A stretch of DNA of 63,687 nt, filler included, from Atractiella rhizophila (taxonomy: Eukaryota), in the NCBI GenBank assembly GCA_021432655.1. It is 3 parts of 3 records of this genome, joined end to end, with 100 filler letters (N's around TTAATTAATTAA, not from the genome) between each part and the next. Parts side by side here need not be neighbours in the genome. Positions count along the whole stretch, not along the records: positions 55,638 to 63,687 come from MU271572.1; 2 more parts are not named here. The stretch is one strand, 5' to 3'. The position numbers and the translations under genes were made by a program. Below are positions 61,494 through 63,687 of the stretch, one piece after another (positions within the stretch are counted from its first letter, which is position 1; each line of letters starts with the position of its first letter). The notes beneath the pieces are model-generated. The model was not told the origin of the DNA. It worked only from the letters and a program-made list of their open reading frames with translations, and ran no database searches.

Positions 61494-63687
61494 ATGGCTT
61501 CTCATACTCAGACGCGGTTCTTGTCTCTTTCTCCGTCTCCAGCGTTCCGAACACTATTTCCTTCATCAAGTTCCATTGAGCGCGCGTCCTCTGCCCCTCC
61601 GAGTGCGCCACACAATGGTACAGCAGCTAAAACATGGATAAACGCCACTAGAGATTTGGGGATGGTTTTCAACGTGGAAGAAGGAGAGTTGACTATCGCA
61701 GAGGAACAGGAGTTGAATGAGCGACTAGATAGGGTCGAGGAGGTTTTGAGAAGTATGCGTAGCGATGCAGCAAGCGTTTTGGAGGATGGGACCGTGGAAT
61801 CGAAGCGCGACGATGGGAAAGCCCTGCCCCCATCTCCCCTTCAAACAACACCAACTTCTCAGTCCTCACATGGAGCATCGCTCGGGTTCAAGGTTGCGGA
61901 TCAAGATCGAGATGTCTTCCAGTCCACCGGTTCAGATCATGCTGGAGCGCACGCTTCTGCTCCACAGGCACAGGAACAGAAAGGTTTTGTCGCTCATTCC
62001 TCTGCAACTGCTGGTGGAATGGAGGGCAAAAAAGGATCAGCAAACCAGCACACTCGCCTCAAGCTCGTGGCTTCCATGTCTGACGGCCCTCCTCTGGTCA
62101 CCTACCAAAAACATGCTTCTTCAGCTTCACACTGGAGGGCTACCTCCGCTCCCCCATTTGCCAGGAAGATGCCTTCTGTCTCGTCATTCAGCAATGTCAA
62201 ATCGATCAGTGAACTGGAGGAAGCTGTTCGGGAAACTGTGGCAGATACGAATGAGCGCGCCAGTGAATGCTTTCCCAAGAATTCTTCCGCATTCGCTGTT
62301 CCCGCTCCAAAACCGACCTCGTGTTCCCAATGTCCAAACCCTTTTCTGTCAACTCAGCTATTAGCGTTCTCCCCTTTCAAACGCTTAGAAACAACCTCAA
62401 CAACCAAGGACGCTGATGAATTTCGGACGAAGATGCATTTTGTGGAAACAGGGAGAAAGAAGGTTCTGAGCAATAGGAGCGAAGGTCCAAGCCGAACAAG
62501 CCAAATGGAATCTTCAGGACTGGACACAGGTTGTCTTGAAAACGGTTGCTCTTCCTTTCCTGCCATTCGAGAAACGCCTATTTCTGCGAGGGTTGACGAT
62601 CAAACCACCGCCTTGATTGATGAGCTTCCTTGTTCCGAAATCCAAGAAGACGTTGAGGTGCAGGATGAAACAATCTCTGATTCAGTAATGGCTGGAGTGA
62701 ACTTCATGAACTTTGAAGTCATGGACCGAGGGGAGCAAGGCATTGTCGAAGGGACCAGTGAGGTCGGTGGTCCCGACAACTCATTGTTTCAGGGAGAGGA
62801 TCGATTCCTGGATGACATGGTGGATAAGCAAGACGGACAGGAAGTAGATAGGCTTGCTTCTGAAGGTGCTACAGGCGTTTTGCAAACTCTTGTGTTAGGA
62901 GAGCTTGTGGGAGGAGGTGTCCCCAGTGGCGCGGCGAAACGAGAAACTAGGCCAGAGAGTCGGTTAACTCTAGAAACGCTTCATTGCGACTCAGTCAGCG
63001 GTACTAGTGGGGACTCGGAAGAGATAGCTTTGGTGCGTCCTCTCCAACTCCAGCACAGTGACTTACGAAACAGCACCTTAGTCTTCCACTGGACACCGCA
63101 TTCCTAAACGAGCATTCTCAACTTCCAGCAGGTCCTTGCACCCTCCAACGATCCCCGTTCCTCCCTCGCCGCCTCGAAAGCGTAAAGCAACGGACGTGTT
63201 CATCGATGAGGACGTAGACATGGAACGTTCTCCACCGCTTGTTTCTCGTCATCAGACTCTCGCCACGATGAAGACGCCGGATAAACCGAAAGCATCAACA
63301 TTCCGGACGCCGCTGAAGGGGCTTCAAACTTCTTCCAAGTCACGGAAACCTCCAGCCACCACTTCAACATCACGATTCTCGACGCCTCCAGCGAAGAAGA
63401 TCAAGATCGAGAGCTCAACGTCTCCTCGACGGAAAACAATTGTCACCACGAGTTTCAAAACTCCAGTGAGAAGAGGAATTGCAGCGGCAGCTCCATCTCC
63501 GGCAGCAGAACTCGTTAAGTTGGAGAAAAGGTTGTTACTTTTGCGCCAGGCTGTCAAGTATCACAAGGCGAATGCGACAAATGGACGGGAATCCGATTTC
63601 GCGCTGAGGAAATATCGGGATAAGTGGAGAGAGTGTGCGATGTACTTCCTTCCTTTGCATTTTTGACATGGACTAATGTCTTTTGCC
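61494..63687 (+). CDS. Probable Sfr1/Mei5-like recombination mediator with a long disordered N-terminus; runs off window end
   Basis: ATG 61494 follows an intron-like GTAAG...AG. S/T/E-rich region, FRTPLK/FKTPV motifs, then KLEKRLLLLRQAVK...LRKYRDKWRE resembling the Sfr1 coiled coil. Whether the two ORFs splice into one gene is inferred. Confidence 0.55.

Noticed and set aside
1..63687. CRISPR arrays, tRNA/rRNA genes, prokaryotic defence operons
   Set aside because: None seen by eye. The sequence is spliceosomal-intron-rich eukaryotic DNA; small ncRNAs cannot be excluded without a covariance-model scan.

Overview
Eukaryotic, intron-rich fungal DNA. The short GT-AG introns with CTRAY branch points and the gene families point to a basidiomycete; the lineage is my inference. 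It is a draft assembly with N-gaps, two artificial 100-nt linkers (44N-TTAATTAATTAA-44N) and four near-identical tandem duplications that look like two haplotypes assembled in series. Genes reconstructed by hand across introns, in order: Csm3/Swi3 (partial), Fmp52-like Rossmann protein, GH75 chitosanase, PDAT/LRO1, an unusual soluble SPFH/Band-7 protein, Skt5/Chs4 chitin-synthase activator (duplicated), an F-box-like gene between old direct repeats, an M43 metalloprotease and a BBE-type FAD oxidase joined head-to-head without their 5' ends, a carboxymuconolactone-decarboxylase/enol-lactone-hydrolase fusion interrupted by a 2.55-kb insert, a large RGG-rich protein, hexokinase, a SmgGDS-like ARM protein, a truncated GFA gene, GSK-3, a DUF6534-like membrane protein, a zinc-ribbon protein, a 3'-truncated Ty3/Gypsy element and a probable Sfr1/Mei5 gene. 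I see no convincing multi-gene novel system. The best candidates for new biology are the SPFH protein with triplicated N-terminal modules and the repeat-flanked F-box cassette. Several striking structures are more likely assembly artefacts. Family calls come from motif recognition, not database searches.
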